Source of the DNA: a virus
DNA: 64,000 bases
IMG/VR virus record: IMGVR_UViG_3300012001_000009
Coordinates: 7,989-71,988 of that record
Reading direction: 5' to 3' (one strand)
In this document: one piece after another, positions 37,064-47,032 of the stretch
Position numbering within the stretch: position 1 is the first letter of the stretch
How the letters are laid out: each line of letters begins with the position of its first letter
Program-made: the position numbers and the translations under genes
Notes under the pieces: generated by a model
Seen by the model: the letters and a program-made list of their open reading frames with translations, nothing else
Databases searched by the model: none
Told to the model about the DNA's origin: nothing

Positions 37064-38704
37064 TTAGCCGAGTTGGATGATTCCGCCTGCTTCAGGGAAG
37101 CGGGTTTTGAAATCGGTGAAAACCTTGCCATCGACCGCAAGACGTTTTGCGGGCATTGCCTGCTCGCCTTGTTTTTGAAGCATTGCCACCATTGCCTTGT
37201 AGGCAGCTGGAGGAACGCCAGTGAGGTCAACGTTGTTGGCATCAAGCGCCAAACGATAAACTGCTTCGGCGCTGTCTTGTGCCATCACTTCACCGATAAA
37301 TGGGCGAACGATGTTTTGGGCTTCCACGATCGAACGCATACGCGCCATCGTGTTTTGTTCAGCTTGGCTTACGGCTTTTTGGATTGCCGCATCCATAGCC
37401 GCTTTAGACACTTCAGGTTTCACAGGAGACTCCTTATTGGAAGTTGGAATGGCTGGGGTTCCAGGTGTAGCAGGAGGTCCTGCTTTCGCTGGTGCTTCGG
37501 GTTCATCGTCAAGCCCTGGTGTAGGCGCTTCGGGTGTTGCGCCGCCTTCGAGTTGCGCCACTAATGCTTTGATTTGCGCGACGATTGAGGCAACGTCATC
37601 ATCATTGCCAGGTTCTGCCGCTGCGGCAGCTGGCGCCGCTGCGGCAGCTGGCGCTGGTTTTGCTTCAGGCGCTGCCGCTGGTGCAACACCTAGAAGCTGT
37701 TGAACCATTGCCATATCTTCGTCGCTCAGTTTGCCCGTCAGGAACGCAACGATCTTGTCCATCGGATCGCCTTCTTCATCGTTTCCAACAGTGGCGCTTG
37801 CAGCTTCAGCGACTTGTGGCGATACCGGCTTTTTCTCTGCGGGAGGAAAATCGTCCTGACCGAAATTGTCATCGTCAGGGCTTCCCGCATCGTCCAGCTT
37901 GTTGAGAGTATCTGGCGCATCGTTCAGGTCCTCGTCTTTGGCAAGTTTGCCGCGAGTCATGACCTTTAGACTTTCGAGAATCGCTGGTTTTTTAGTTACC
38001 CAGTTAGCGTGGGTAACGCCAGTCAGCAATCCATCGAGACCAGGCATTTTTGCATCGGCAGCAAGTTTGGGCTTGAGGTAGACCGCTAGGGCCCCTTTTG
38101 CCATCGCTGCCATCCGCGACAAACCAATTTTCTTTGACATAAAGAACTCCATGTTGTCTCCGACAAGGACGTCCTTGCCGGCTCTACCTTGCTCCACTAA
38201 CGCTACGTGGTTTCCTACAATGTTTCGCATGACGCCATCATACTTAACGCCATCCGCCTCGCCAGGTGTCATGTCAGCCTTATAAAGGTAGCCACATGAC
38301 AATTCCTTTTGATCGTCGCTTTCAACTCGCTTGATATACTCCTCGTCCCATATCACTAGACTATTTTTCAGATAAGGGGCCTCGAACACTGCATCGGTGC
38401 CTGTGCTACCTACCACAATACTTTTCTGCGGGTCAGTTGGCGATACTGCTTTATGCACGGATAGGAGTTGAACGTTATTAAATGTCGATGCTGCTTTTGC
38501 CAGTTCCTCAGGGTCTCGATACATTTGATAAATCTTATCGGGATCGAGGCCTAGCTCCTCGCAGTTCGGAATCTCTTGCCCATAGTACGGACATACATTC
38601 GCCTTGCTGATATTCGTAAGGCTCACATGCAAGCGTCCATATGTGTCATAGGACCGTACACTGCCTTTGTCGAACGTTAGGGTTTGTTTGGTTCTAGTTT
38701 TCAT
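37064..38704 (-). CDS. Prohead protease-scaffold (DUF2213-like)
   Basis: ISKANVCPY.G.EIP, ELSCGY and NHVALVEQGRAG; acidic Pro/Ala-rich scaffold region. Confidence 0.88.
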   Translation of the reverse strand: MKTRTKQTLTFDKGSVRSYDTYGRLHVSLTNISKANVCPYYGQEIPNCEELGLDPDKIYQMYRDPEELAKAASTFNNVQLLSVHKAVSPTDPQKSIVVGSTGTDAVFEAPYLKNSLVIWDEEYIKRVESDDQKELSCGYLYKADMTPGEADGVKYDGVMRNIVGNHVALVEQGRAGKDVLVGDNMEFFMSKKIGLSRMAAMAKGALAVYLKPKLAADAKMPGLDGLLTGVTHANWVTKKPAILESLKVMTRGKLAKDEDLNDAPDTLNKLDDAGSPDDDNFGQDDFPPAEKKPVSPQVAEAASATVGNDEEGDPMDKIVAFLTGKLSDEDMAMVQQLLGVAPAAAPEAKPAPAAAAAPAAAAAEPGNDDDVASIVAQIKALVAQLEGGATPEAPTPGLDDEPEAPAKAGPPATPGTPAIPTSNKESPVKPEVSKAAMDAAIQKAVSQAEQNTMARMRSIVEAQNIVRPFIGEVMAQDSAEAVYRLALDANNVDLTGVPPAAYKAMVAMLQKQGEQAMPAKRLAVDGKVFTDFKTRFPEAGGIIQLG

Positions 38705-39496
38705 TTAAAATCTCCTTGGCAAACCAGGTATGATCGGACGCCCGATGCACCTGCAACGAATCGCAGTGCCAGGCCATACATAGCAGTTGTCTTCCTCAGA
38801 CCATTTGCCTTTTTCAATATCGTATTCCTCATGGTCCCATTTTTGATGCTCAGGACGAGGATCCTTGCCTGCGTGAGAGTGCATCCAGACACCTTTGGTT
38901 ATGCCCAGTTCTAACTCCCTGGCGCGCTTAATCGTCGCTGTCGCCTTGTTGTTCTGGTCTAGCGCTATGAATGCAGCGCGACGTTTGGTAACACCAAACG
39001 CATGTGTCAAGTCATCGACAAGCTGCTTCAAGTCGCGCCCTGTTTGTACTGAGCGCATGACCATCCCTTCAACGCTGCCCAAATACTGTTGCGGTATAGA
39101 CTTTATCAATCCGACCTGTTCGCCGATCGTCGCTTGGAGTACATCGTTGACCTCTGCGGTCAGTTTGAACGAAACAGCGATTCCCGAGGCCTTTAACATC
39201 GATGCTAGGGTCCCAGAAACCCGCTCAGAGGCGTTTTGTGCAAAATATGCTGCTAGTGCTGGCGCGAGGTTTGCAAATCGCTTGTTCCAGTATCTGCCCA
39301 GCCGTTGCATGATTTTCCGCAACTCTACCGCGGGGCTCGCGTCCAATGCCATTTCAGGAGGATTTGCGCGATACCCTGCGCTAACCCAATAAACTATCGA
39401 TCTGTGCATTTCATCGATGGTATCCTGTAGCTTTTTGCGATATGCAATTTCCAACCCCGCATTCGGATGCAATGGCGTTAATACAGTTTGTGCCAT
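38705..39496 (-). CDS. Head morphogenesis protein (MuF/SPP1 gp7-like)
   Basis: RAAFIALDQ, WMHS...RPEH and PG.AIRCRC. Confidence 0.85.
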   Translation of the reverse strand: MAQTVLTPLHPNAGLEIAYRKKLQDTIDEMHRSIVYWVSAGYRANPPEMALDASPAVELRKIMQRLGRYWNKRFANLAPALAAYFAQNASERVSGTLASMLKASGIAVSFKLTAEVNDVLQATIGEQVGLIKSIPQQYLGSVEGMVMRSVQTGRDLKQLVDDLTHAFGVTKRRAAFIALDQNNKATATIKRARELELGITKGVWMHSHAGKDPRPEHQKWDHEEYDIEKGKWSEEDNCYVWPGTAIRCRCIGRPIIPGLPRRF

Positions 39497-39778
39497 TTAA
39501 ATAGCCTTGTACTTTTTTGCAAAGCATTGTTTGGCAATCTCCACAAGCCTAGCCATATCTTTGGTATCTTGTTGAACCCTGCTGACAGTTACCAAAATAC
39601 ACCCGCCTTCTTCGCGACAAGCTTTGGCAGCTACTTCACTTATCGTTACCGTCATAGTAGTACCGGTAATTATTCCGTTTTGAGGTTCGGGAGGTGCATC
39701 TGCGTACACTGCAATAGAGCCTGACAATATCAAAAACAGCGCGGTCAAAATAAACATTGCGGTCCATTTAAATTTCAC
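39497..39778 (-). CDS. Small exported or membrane protein
   Basis: Signal-like N-terminus; CREEGGC. Confidence 0.6.
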   Translation of the reverse strand: MKFKWTAMFILTALFLILSGSIAVYADAPPEPQNGIITGTTMTVTISEVAAKACREEGGCILVTVSRVQQDTKDMARLVEIAKQCFAKKYKAI

Positions 39779-39790
39779 GATAAGCCCCAG

Positions 39791-41410
39791 TTAGGCAGGT
39801 TTAACAGCGGGAACAGTTTTAGCAATAGGGCTGGCAGCTACCGGAGCCACTGTAGCTACCACAGCTGGTGCAGCCGCTTTAGCTGGCGCTGGATTCTGCA
39901 TTGCAGGATCTTGTACTGAGCCACCTTCACTCCCGGGATCGTCTTCCGGACCGCCGGGCGGGACTTCGCTCCCGGGAGGAGGTGGCAACACTGCGTCCAA
40001 ATCCAAAGAGGCATATGGACTATCTTCCTCTGCTGCAATTCTTTTGCGAGATTCAATAGGCATAATTACACCTGCGTTAATCGCCGCAATGTCGGTATCC
40101 ATTTCTGTCTTGCGAACATTGGCAATGCCCAATTCGTCAAGTGTCCAGAGTGGTTCCCATTTAAAACCTATGTCTTTGTCCACTTCCCCGAACAAAGACA
40201 ACTGGATGAAGTTGATAATGATCGTAAGTGGTTCGGTGCATGTGGCTTCCTGTTCTGCCTCGATACCATCATAGAAGCAGCGCATTTCACCATCACTCGA
40301 AGCATTCAATCCGCTAGGCGTTATGCCTAACAGCTTAACGAGAGGAATCCCGCTAACCGCCGACATGTGTTCCTGCGACTGCGCCTGCAAATGATCTAGC
40401 CCGCTTATAGGAGCCGCTACGTTAACAAAGTCCTCAGACGCCATATCAAGAGCCAGCACACCCGAATTGCTTTGATACTGCGTGAACAGTTCAATCCGAT
40501 TAAATAAATCTGCGCCTGCCCCGCCTTTCAGAACATCCGCCATATTTGTTTTCAACACTGAGGTGGAAAACTTGAATAGCAAATCGGATACACTTTGCCG
40601 AGTGCGTAGCCAGTTATCGATATAAGGCTTTGCCATCTGAGACAGCGACAACCCTCCGAACGAATACGCTGGTTTAAGCAAATCTGGAACCTTACGGCTA
40701 ACGATTGTCAAGAGCCTACTGGAATGCAGCAACCTGCCCTGAACGAACCAGTTTTGCGGTGCAAAATAATCCTCGCGCAAAGGGTCTGAGGCGTTATACG
40801 CGTTCGGGTATGTCCACACTGGCTCGATTACTGCAAGCCGCTTTAATCGCTTAACGGGCGTTATTTTGGCGCCAGACAGATCGCCCGTGCCGCTACCGAT
40901 AGGAGTTTTAAGTTCCTCGGGGTTCTCACTATCGCCTGTGTCCAGATAAATGTGCGAGCGCCCGAAGAATCCATCTAATTCAAGCGCCTCACGGAAAACG
41001 TCCTGTACTTTGAGGCGTTTCATTTCGGCTTCAATAAATGCGATCTTTTCTGTTACGTCGCTGTCGCCTGTGGCTTGCAGCTTTATCCACTTTCTCGTCA
41101 TTTCTTTGGCGATGGTTTCAGAAATGCGACGATATTCTGGACGCTGGGACAATTCAGCAAGATAGGGATACCCTAGAAACCCAATGCCTTCGTCAAACAA
41201 TGCGTTACGGCTTGCCCATTGATAAGGCCCGTCGACCCCGTCGTCCATAGCCATCTTAGCCCCTGCAGGAACTACGCCAGGTGGTGGGACAGCGGGTTTA
41301 AACGAATCAACAACCATGTCATTCGCCAGCAGCTTGCTTCTAGCTCGGGCCTCATTGCTTATCTTCATTGGCGCCTTTATAGGCTTTGCCCTAAGTCGAA
41401 AATTTTGCAT
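39791..41410 (-). CDS. Portal protein (DUF1073-like)
   Basis: FLGYPYLAELSQRPEYR and IPLVKLLGITPSGLNAS. Confidence 0.9.
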   Translation of the reverse strand: MQNFRLRAKPIKAPMKISNEARARSKLLANDMVVDSFKPAVPPPGVVPAGAKMAMDDGVDGPYQWASRNALFDEGIGFLGYPYLAELSQRPEYRRISETIAKEMTRKWIKLQATGDSDVTEKIAFIEAEMKRLKVQDVFREALELDGFFGRSHIYLDTGDSENPEELKTPIGSGTGDLSGAKITPVKRLKRLAVIEPVWTYPNAYNASDPLREDYFAPQNWFVQGRLLHSSRLLTIVSRKVPDLLKPAYSFGGLSLSQMAKPYIDNWLRTRQSVSDLLFKFSTSVLKTNMADVLKGGAGADLFNRIELFTQYQSNSGVLALDMASEDFVNVAAPISGLDHLQAQSQEHMSAVSGIPLVKLLGITPSGLNASSDGEMRCFYDGIEAEQEATCTEPLTIIINFIQLSLFGEVDKDIGFKWEPLWTLDELGIANVRKTEMDTDIAAINAGVIMPIESRKRIAAEEDSPYASLDLDAVLPPPPGSEVPPGGPEDDPGSEGGSVQDPAMQNPAPAKAAAPAVVATVAPVAASPIAKTVPAVKPA

Positions 41411-41688
41411 TAAAAGAGCCCTTGATATACGATAAATTGAGTCACTTGGGAAACCTGAGCATTACCAGCCGCTTGGAACAGATATTGATGCAACCCTACT
41501 TGTGCAGTCAGGTAGTCAACGTGATAATTTCCCACGCTGTCGTGGACCACATCGGCAGTAACATCCAGAATCGTGTTGTCAGGCTGCTTAATGCGAGCAG
41601 TCAAGATAGTGGTATCAGCAAGGTCACCTGTGACTGTGGTTATCTGCGCTGTTAATCGTAAAAGTGTTCCCGCGGTGTACTGGTTCAT
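41410..41688 (-). CDS. Small beta-sandwich (Ig-like) adaptor
   Basis: 92 aa with an all-beta pattern; translationally coupled to the portal gene. Confidence 0.6.
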   Translation of the reverse strand: MNQYTAGTLLRLTAQITTVTGDLADTTILTARIKQPDNTILDVTADVVHDSVGNYHVDYLTAQVGLHQYLFQAAGNAQVSQVTQFIVYQGLF

Positions 41689-44666
41689 GCTGCATCCTGT
41701 ATCGTGATTTTGTATAAGGCAAAGTCACCAATTATTATAAAAGCAGGTGCTGAAGCTTCAATGTACGGAGTAAATGGACCGCTACCTGCAAAGCCTGTAG
41801 CAAAAACCCCGCTCAATGGAGATGGAACAACTAACGCCGCAGATTCTAACGAACTTACGAAAGAGTTACCTGCTACGCCGCCTAGTTGCGAGTTAGTGGT
41901 TATCTCTAAGTGTTCTGACAGATCGCCTACAAACCCGTCGCCTTCAACTCCGATTGACACCACACTGTTTAATAAACCAATGTCGCTTGTTAAGCATTCG
42001 GCAAATACGCCCGCAATCGTCAATGGCGTTTCTTTATATACGCTTAAAGGTTGCGCGTAACCTGCGCCGCTTATCCCAGACAGCAAATACGGATTATAGA
42101 TACCTAGTGCGCCGATCGCAAAAGTAGCGAACACCCCGTCCATTGAGGGAGAGGCATCTACTTTTGCACCGATATCTCCACTGACGCCTGCGCACCCAAC
42201 ACCTAAAACAAAACCAGAAGTGGCATTTTTAAGATCGCCAACCAGTCCGATGCCATTAACACCCAGAGGATGATATTCTGCCCCGATTAGAGCAGCCAGG
42301 GAACCAACGCTACTTAGCGCAGAGGACCCTACTATACCAAACGCCTCTGACAGACTTTCGGATAAAACTCCTGTGCCGCTTGTTGCAAATACACCTAACA
42401 CAGAGGTTGTGGAAGCGGAGCCTACTGCGATTGTAGCGCTCGCAATGCCTGATGCAGATACTCCGAAAATGTTCTTGGCGCTAGGCACAAACCCTACGGC
42501 ACCTATTGCGCTAACACCTGATGTATTAGCGCCAACAGCGTGAGATATATTACCTGTTACCGCATTTCCTGAAACACCACTAACGAATGACGTCCTGGCG
42601 GCTGAAATAGTTCCCGCGCTGCCGATCCCTGCAACACCTGATATAACAAAGCTAGTCAATACGGCAGTAGAAATATTGCCCGGGAGTGCTGAAGCAGTAA
42701 CGCTAAATATTACCCCGCCTACAGAAACTCCATCCAATGCACCTGCTGACGAAATACCAGAAGCGCCACTAAGCGAACTTGTGGAAAGACTGTCTGACAA
42801 TTCGCCAACTGATATTGACGCACCTACTCCGCTAATCAACGTGGACGAGGTTTCAGAAAAAGTAAATACACCAACTTGCCCAGAACCCGTAACGCCGTCC
42901 AGTTGTTCCAGGTTCATAAAAGAGCCAGCATCTCCGGCGCCAGTAACACCTGCCACAGAACCCGCTGCAACGCTTAGACCTGGCGCACCTACGCTGCTAA
43001 CGCCTGCGACACCCGTTATGGATGGTGTAGCATTTATACTGGACCCAGTGTTAGGAGCAAACGCGATCAGCTGCGAGGACCACGTATCTCCGCTAGATCC
43101 GCCTGACGTTGTGGTTACAAAGTTACCTGTAACTACCTTGTCATACAGTGATGCAGTGTTGCCTATCGTTTGAATATTCGATGACGGGCCTACACCGTTA
43201 CGCTGGGTCCAAAAAGTATTCGGATTCCATGCTGTTGCAGCAGAGTGATTAACCGCTGCGTACACCAGCAACGTATTATTTAAACTTGTCGTTGCGCTGT
43301 TTGCGGTAATCGTTGTTCCACTACCGCTGTTTGTGCTAACCACATGCACTGGAGAATTTGGATCAACGTCTTTTAGATCCCAGATAAATCCGTTGATATC
43401 TGCGGATACGTCTGTAGTCCAGGTGTAGCTCGCGGGCTCACCTGCTGCCATCTTCCTATACGTGTTCTGTTTGGTCGTTGTCCCTGAGGCGCTAATCAAC
43501 TGCCATCCCGACGGTGGCGTAAGAGTTGCAGTGCCTGTGTACCCTATGTTAGCGAACAATAGATCGCCATCCGCATGGGCTGGCACATTGATAACTAAGG
43601 ACGTTACCCCATTAGCAAAATTATGCGCCTCTGCTGAAAACGTGCCCGATAGAGGATCTACTAAAGCTTGCCGAGGTGTTCCACCGCCACCGACATTGTT
43701 TTGGGCATTATTATTTACAACCTGTAGCGCCGCCATCAACTTGCCGAAATCGTTCGACCAGGCTGTTCCACTACTCGCTACGCCGCCCCATTGTATGGGA
43801 CCGTATCCCCAGTCATTGGTAAATTGAGTTTCCCATGACTCGTTTGTTACGGCATTGTTTTCTGCGCAAATCTGATAAACATTTTGGTTGGCATTAAAAC
43901 TGTCAACTACATACGCACCATAGTTCTGCAACGTCCAAGCTAACAGCTTTGCAGGCGCAGTGCTAAGACCTAACTGGTTTGCGGCTAAATTTACAGAAGG
44001 TGGTATGGCTAATAGGGCGCCTATTTTTAGTGCAGAGTTCGTTCCGTTGTAACTATACGAATCTTTCTTAGTAGCAGGCCAACGATATCCACCTGATCCA
44101 TTCGCTCCGTTGTATAGGACCGATTCGTCCAGATTAAGCTTTAGCGCATGAGTAGGCCCTATCGTTTGGCCTGGGCGCAACTCACCAAGCCTTAGGGAAC
44201 CACCTATCGCAGAAAGATCCGACCCACCGTGACTGCCGGCTTCCCCAGTGCTGTACAGATCAACATCTGGAAATGCCTCAAAGCATGTAGCGATACCGCT
44301 AGAGGTGCAACGAGAAAACGCTACCGCTTGTTTCAACGTGCGGTAGTCTGACATTAACGCTGCGCTGCACTCGTTTTTATTGTCACTAGGTACAACAAAG
44401 TTATTCGGAATCGGGATTGTCTGTTGAACCCCGCCGCTTGTTGCGCATCGATCTCCGCCCCAGCCGCCGCTGCTAAGATAGACTGGCGTCAATGGCGATG
44501 TTGGCGAAAGAATGATGGGTTCTCTATCGACACTAGGACACCCTGCTCCGCTGCTAGGAGTCGCAGGAAGATTAGCCGCCACATACGCTGCGCCCGAACC
44601 GATCGGCGTATTCCAAAGACTATTAACAGAAAACGGAGTGACATAGGGGTTTCTGAAATTAGCCAT
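41685..44666 (-). CDS. 993-aa protein: N-terminal globular domains plus GV..TG.VG repeat stalk
   Basis: N-terminal PF...SLWNTPIG domain, a PSGWQ beta domain, then ~20-aa repeats. Confidence 0.75.
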   Translation of the reverse strand: MANFRNPYVTPFSVNSLWNTPIGSGAAYVAANLPATPSSGAGCPSVDREPIILSPTSPLTPVYLSSGGWGGDRCATSGGVQQTIPIPNNFVVPSDNKNECSAALMSDYRTLKQAVAFSRCTSSGIATCFEAFPDVDLYSTGEAGSHGGSDLSAIGGSLRLGELRPGQTIGPTHALKLNLDESVLYNGANGSGGYRWPATKKDSYSYNGTNSALKIGALLAIPPSVNLAANQLGLSTAPAKLLAWTLQNYGAYVVDSFNANQNVYQICAENNAVTNESWETQFTNDWGYGPIQWGGVASSGTAWSNDFGKLMAALQVVNNNAQNNVGGGGTPRQALVDPLSGTFSAEAHNFANGVTSLVINVPAHADGDLLFANIGYTGTATLTPPSGWQLISASGTTTKQNTYRKMAAGEPASYTWTTDVSADINGFIWDLKDVDPNSPVHVVSTNSGSGTTITANSATTSLNNTLLVYAAVNHSAATAWNPNTFWTQRNGVGPSSNIQTIGNTASLYDKVVTGNFVTTTSGGSSGDTWSSQLIAFAPNTGSSINATPSITGVAGVSSVGAPGLSVAAGSVAGVTGAGDAGSFMNLEQLDGVTGSGQVGVFTFSETSSTLISGVGASISVGELSDSLSTSSLSGASGISSAGALDGVSVGGVIFSVTASALPGNISTAVLTSFVISGVAGIGSAGTISAARTSFVSGVSGNAVTGNISHAVGANTSGVSAIGAVGFVPSAKNIFGVSASGIASATIAVGSASTTSVLGVFATSGTGVLSESLSEAFGIVGSSALSSVGSLAALIGAEYHPLGVNGIGLVGDLKNATSGFVLGVGCAGVSGDIGAKVDASPSMDGVFATFAIGALGIYNPYLLSGISGAGYAQPLSVYKETPLTIAGVFAECLTSDIGLLNSVVSIGVEGDGFVGDLSEHLEITTNSQLGGVAGNSFVSSLESAALVVPSPLSGVFATGFAGSGPFTPYIEASAPAFIIIGDFALYKITIQDAA

Positions 44667-47029
44667 TACGCCGCCTTCCAGAGCCAGTCTGGAACAATCT
44701 CACCAACCTTGATCGCATATAGTGCAAAGTCATCCAGTTCAATAGAGGCAGGGATTTTCAAAATCGGCAGCCCTGCGATACTCTCAACAATGCCATACAT
44801 TGGGTCTGCATATAAAAATGGGTTTATATAAACACCCACCGACCCAACAAACGAATTACCTGCCACACCGCTGATGCCAAGATTTATAACTGAAATATTG
44901 CCGGCGTTACCATTTGCGAACACGCCTGCAAAGGGTAGTTTTAAAGAATACGCGAATGCGCCAACAGATCCAGTGGCCTCGATACCGTCAACGTATAAGG
45001 TAGTGCCTCGTACAGCTTGCGATACACTGCCTGTAGCAAATACTCCCAACGTGGCGTTATCGATAGGAGTTGATACCGTTTCAACGTCACCTGTGGCAGT
45101 TACGCCTAAACTATCGATCAAAAGTATGCCAGCAACTACGCCTGGAACTATGCTACTGAAAACACCTAAGATAGAGGGCTGGTTGTCCTCGCCTAACCCT
45201 AAGTCGCCTGCAACCCCTACACCTTCAACCCCATTAGCACTCGCATTGCTGCTGAATACCGAAACAACTGCTCCCGCAACGCCTGTGCCTTCAATCCCTG
45301 CCATAGGGTTGATCGTTTGAGCGAAACCTACTTGACCAACAACACCTGTGCCAGATACGCTGCCGAGTTTCGCTATAACATCGGCGATAATCGATTGGAC
45401 AGCGCTAGTTCCTTCGACACCCGCGAGACCAGACGCAAACGACCCGATCAAGGTGGCTACAGAGCCCGTAGCGGCTACGCCTGACGCAGTACGATCAACA
45501 CTACCCGCAATCGATCCGACAGCGCTAGACGCGGCTACGCCTGCGATAGACACAGGCAAAACAAATTCATCGATATGCGGAGTTATTACCCCTGCGATAC
45601 CGATAGACGTAACGCCAATAGCAGTTATGGCGGCAGTATAAATTGCTCCGATAGAACTTGTGGCCTCAACACCGCCAACTGCGCTAATTACATCGAGGAC
45701 TATATCGGAAATGCCTGTAGTCCCTTCAACACCATCTATTGATGGAGAGGAACCTATAATGTCTTGTACAAAACCTGTAGCGCTCACTCCGTCTGGCACT
45801 ACTTGCAATTCCGTTCCGCTTACTACAATGTCGCCAGGTAAACAACTGCCTTCAACACCGTCAGGTAAGCTGGAAGTATCTGTAACTAGATCGCCAGGAA
45901 ATCCTATTCCAGACGAATCAGATAACGATAACGCGATAGCGGCATAGATATCACCACACTGCCCTGCTGCCTCGATACCCGCTGCGTCGTTGCCCGATTC
46001 TGCGGAAACGCTTTCTACTGCGGCGGTGCTCTCAACTCCGTCTAAAAAATAACCTGCGACGATTAAACCAACTGCACCAGTTCCTTCAGTGCCTCCTATT
46101 TGAGGCGATGCTACAATAATACCTACAGAACCTGTAGCTAAAACGCTAGGCAAACTAACGTCAACTTCAGTTAAGGCAGATATATCTCCTACTGAACTTG
46201 TAGCCTCAACGCCATTTTGCAGGTCTCCGCCAGCGTTACTAAAAACCTCGCCTGCTAATCCGGCAACCTCAACACCGAACTGGACAAAAGTAATGCTGCT
46301 GGTTTCTGCGTAAGCTTCAACACCGAGCAATGCATTATCGATTGCGTAATCGAACGAACCGACTTGCCCTGTTCCATAAATGCCAGGAGCAATAGAAATT
46401 TGTGTTTCCAACAAGGACGATTCGTTCAAATAACTGCCTAGAACAAATATGTCCTTCGTGCTGTCATCATTTACATAAACAAAGCTGCTACCAGTCCATA
46501 TTGAATATTGACGACCAGCGCCTACATTGGTTACGACGGCGATAGACGAATCCCAAACTAAACCTGACGCAGATACGCCTACGAGGCTAACGCTGCTTGA
46601 AAACGATGTGGTCAATAGACCTACATCACTTGCGGCAGATACTCCTAGCGCGCCTACGTCAAGTTCAGAAACGATATCTGCCGCGTTACCTGCTGCCTCA
46701 ACACCAACAAGCGATAGATTGGAATCTATTTGATATCCGATATCGCCGATACTGCTTGTGGCTTCGATACCTGACAAGGCAGAATCAACCTCTGCGCCTG
46801 CTGTCCCAACTGAGCAAGTTCCCGCAACGCCCGATAGCGCCACGCTAGAACTCGCCTGGTCTGTTATTGCTCCAACTGACCCTGTGCCTTCAACACCCGT
46901 GATAGATACGCTGGTTAATGCTGGCGAACTTGCATCAAGATAAATACCAGCAAGACTAAATTCCGCAACGCGGCTGTCATTAGCGAATAATGTCCCGCTT
47001 GACCCAGCTACGAAATATTGGCGAGACAT
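44666..47029 (-). CDS. 787-aa acidic GVE(A/G)TG.VG repeat protein
   Basis: Repeats of about 20 aa over most of its length. Confidence 0.75.
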   Translation of the reverse strand: MSRQYFVAGSSGTLFANDSRVAEFSLAGIYLDASSPALTSVSITGVEGTGSVGAITDQASSSVALSGVAGTCSVGTAGAEVDSALSGIEATSSIGDIGYQIDSNLSLVGVEAAGNAADIVSELDVGALGVSAASDVGLLTTSFSSSVSLVGVSASGLVWDSSIAVVTNVGAGRQYSIWTGSSFVYVNDDSTKDIFVLGSYLNESSLLETQISIAPGIYGTGQVGSFDYAIDNALLGVEAYAETSSITFVQFGVEVAGLAGEVFSNAGGDLQNGVEATSSVGDISALTEVDVSLPSVLATGSVGIIVASPQIGGTEGTGAVGLIVAGYFLDGVESTAAVESVSAESGNDAAGIEAAGQCGDIYAAIALSLSDSSGIGFPGDLVTDTSSLPDGVEGSCLPGDIVVSGTELQVVPDGVSATGFVQDIIGSSPSIDGVEGTTGISDIVLDVISAVGGVEATSSIGAIYTAAITAIGVTSIGIAGVITPHIDEFVLPVSIAGVAASSAVGSIAGSVDRTASGVAATGSVATLIGSFASGLAGVEGTSAVQSIIADVIAKLGSVSGTGVVGQVGFAQTINPMAGIEGTGVAGAVVSVFSSNASANGVEGVGVAGDLGLGEDNQPSILGVFSSIVPGVVAGILLIDSLGVTATGDVETVSTPIDNATLGVFATGSVSQAVRGTTLYVDGIEATGSVGAFAYSLKLPFAGVFANGNAGNISVINLGISGVAGNSFVGSVGVYINPFLYADPMYGIVESIAGLPILKIPASIELDDFALYAIKVGEIVPDWLWKAA

Positions 47030-47032
47030 AGA

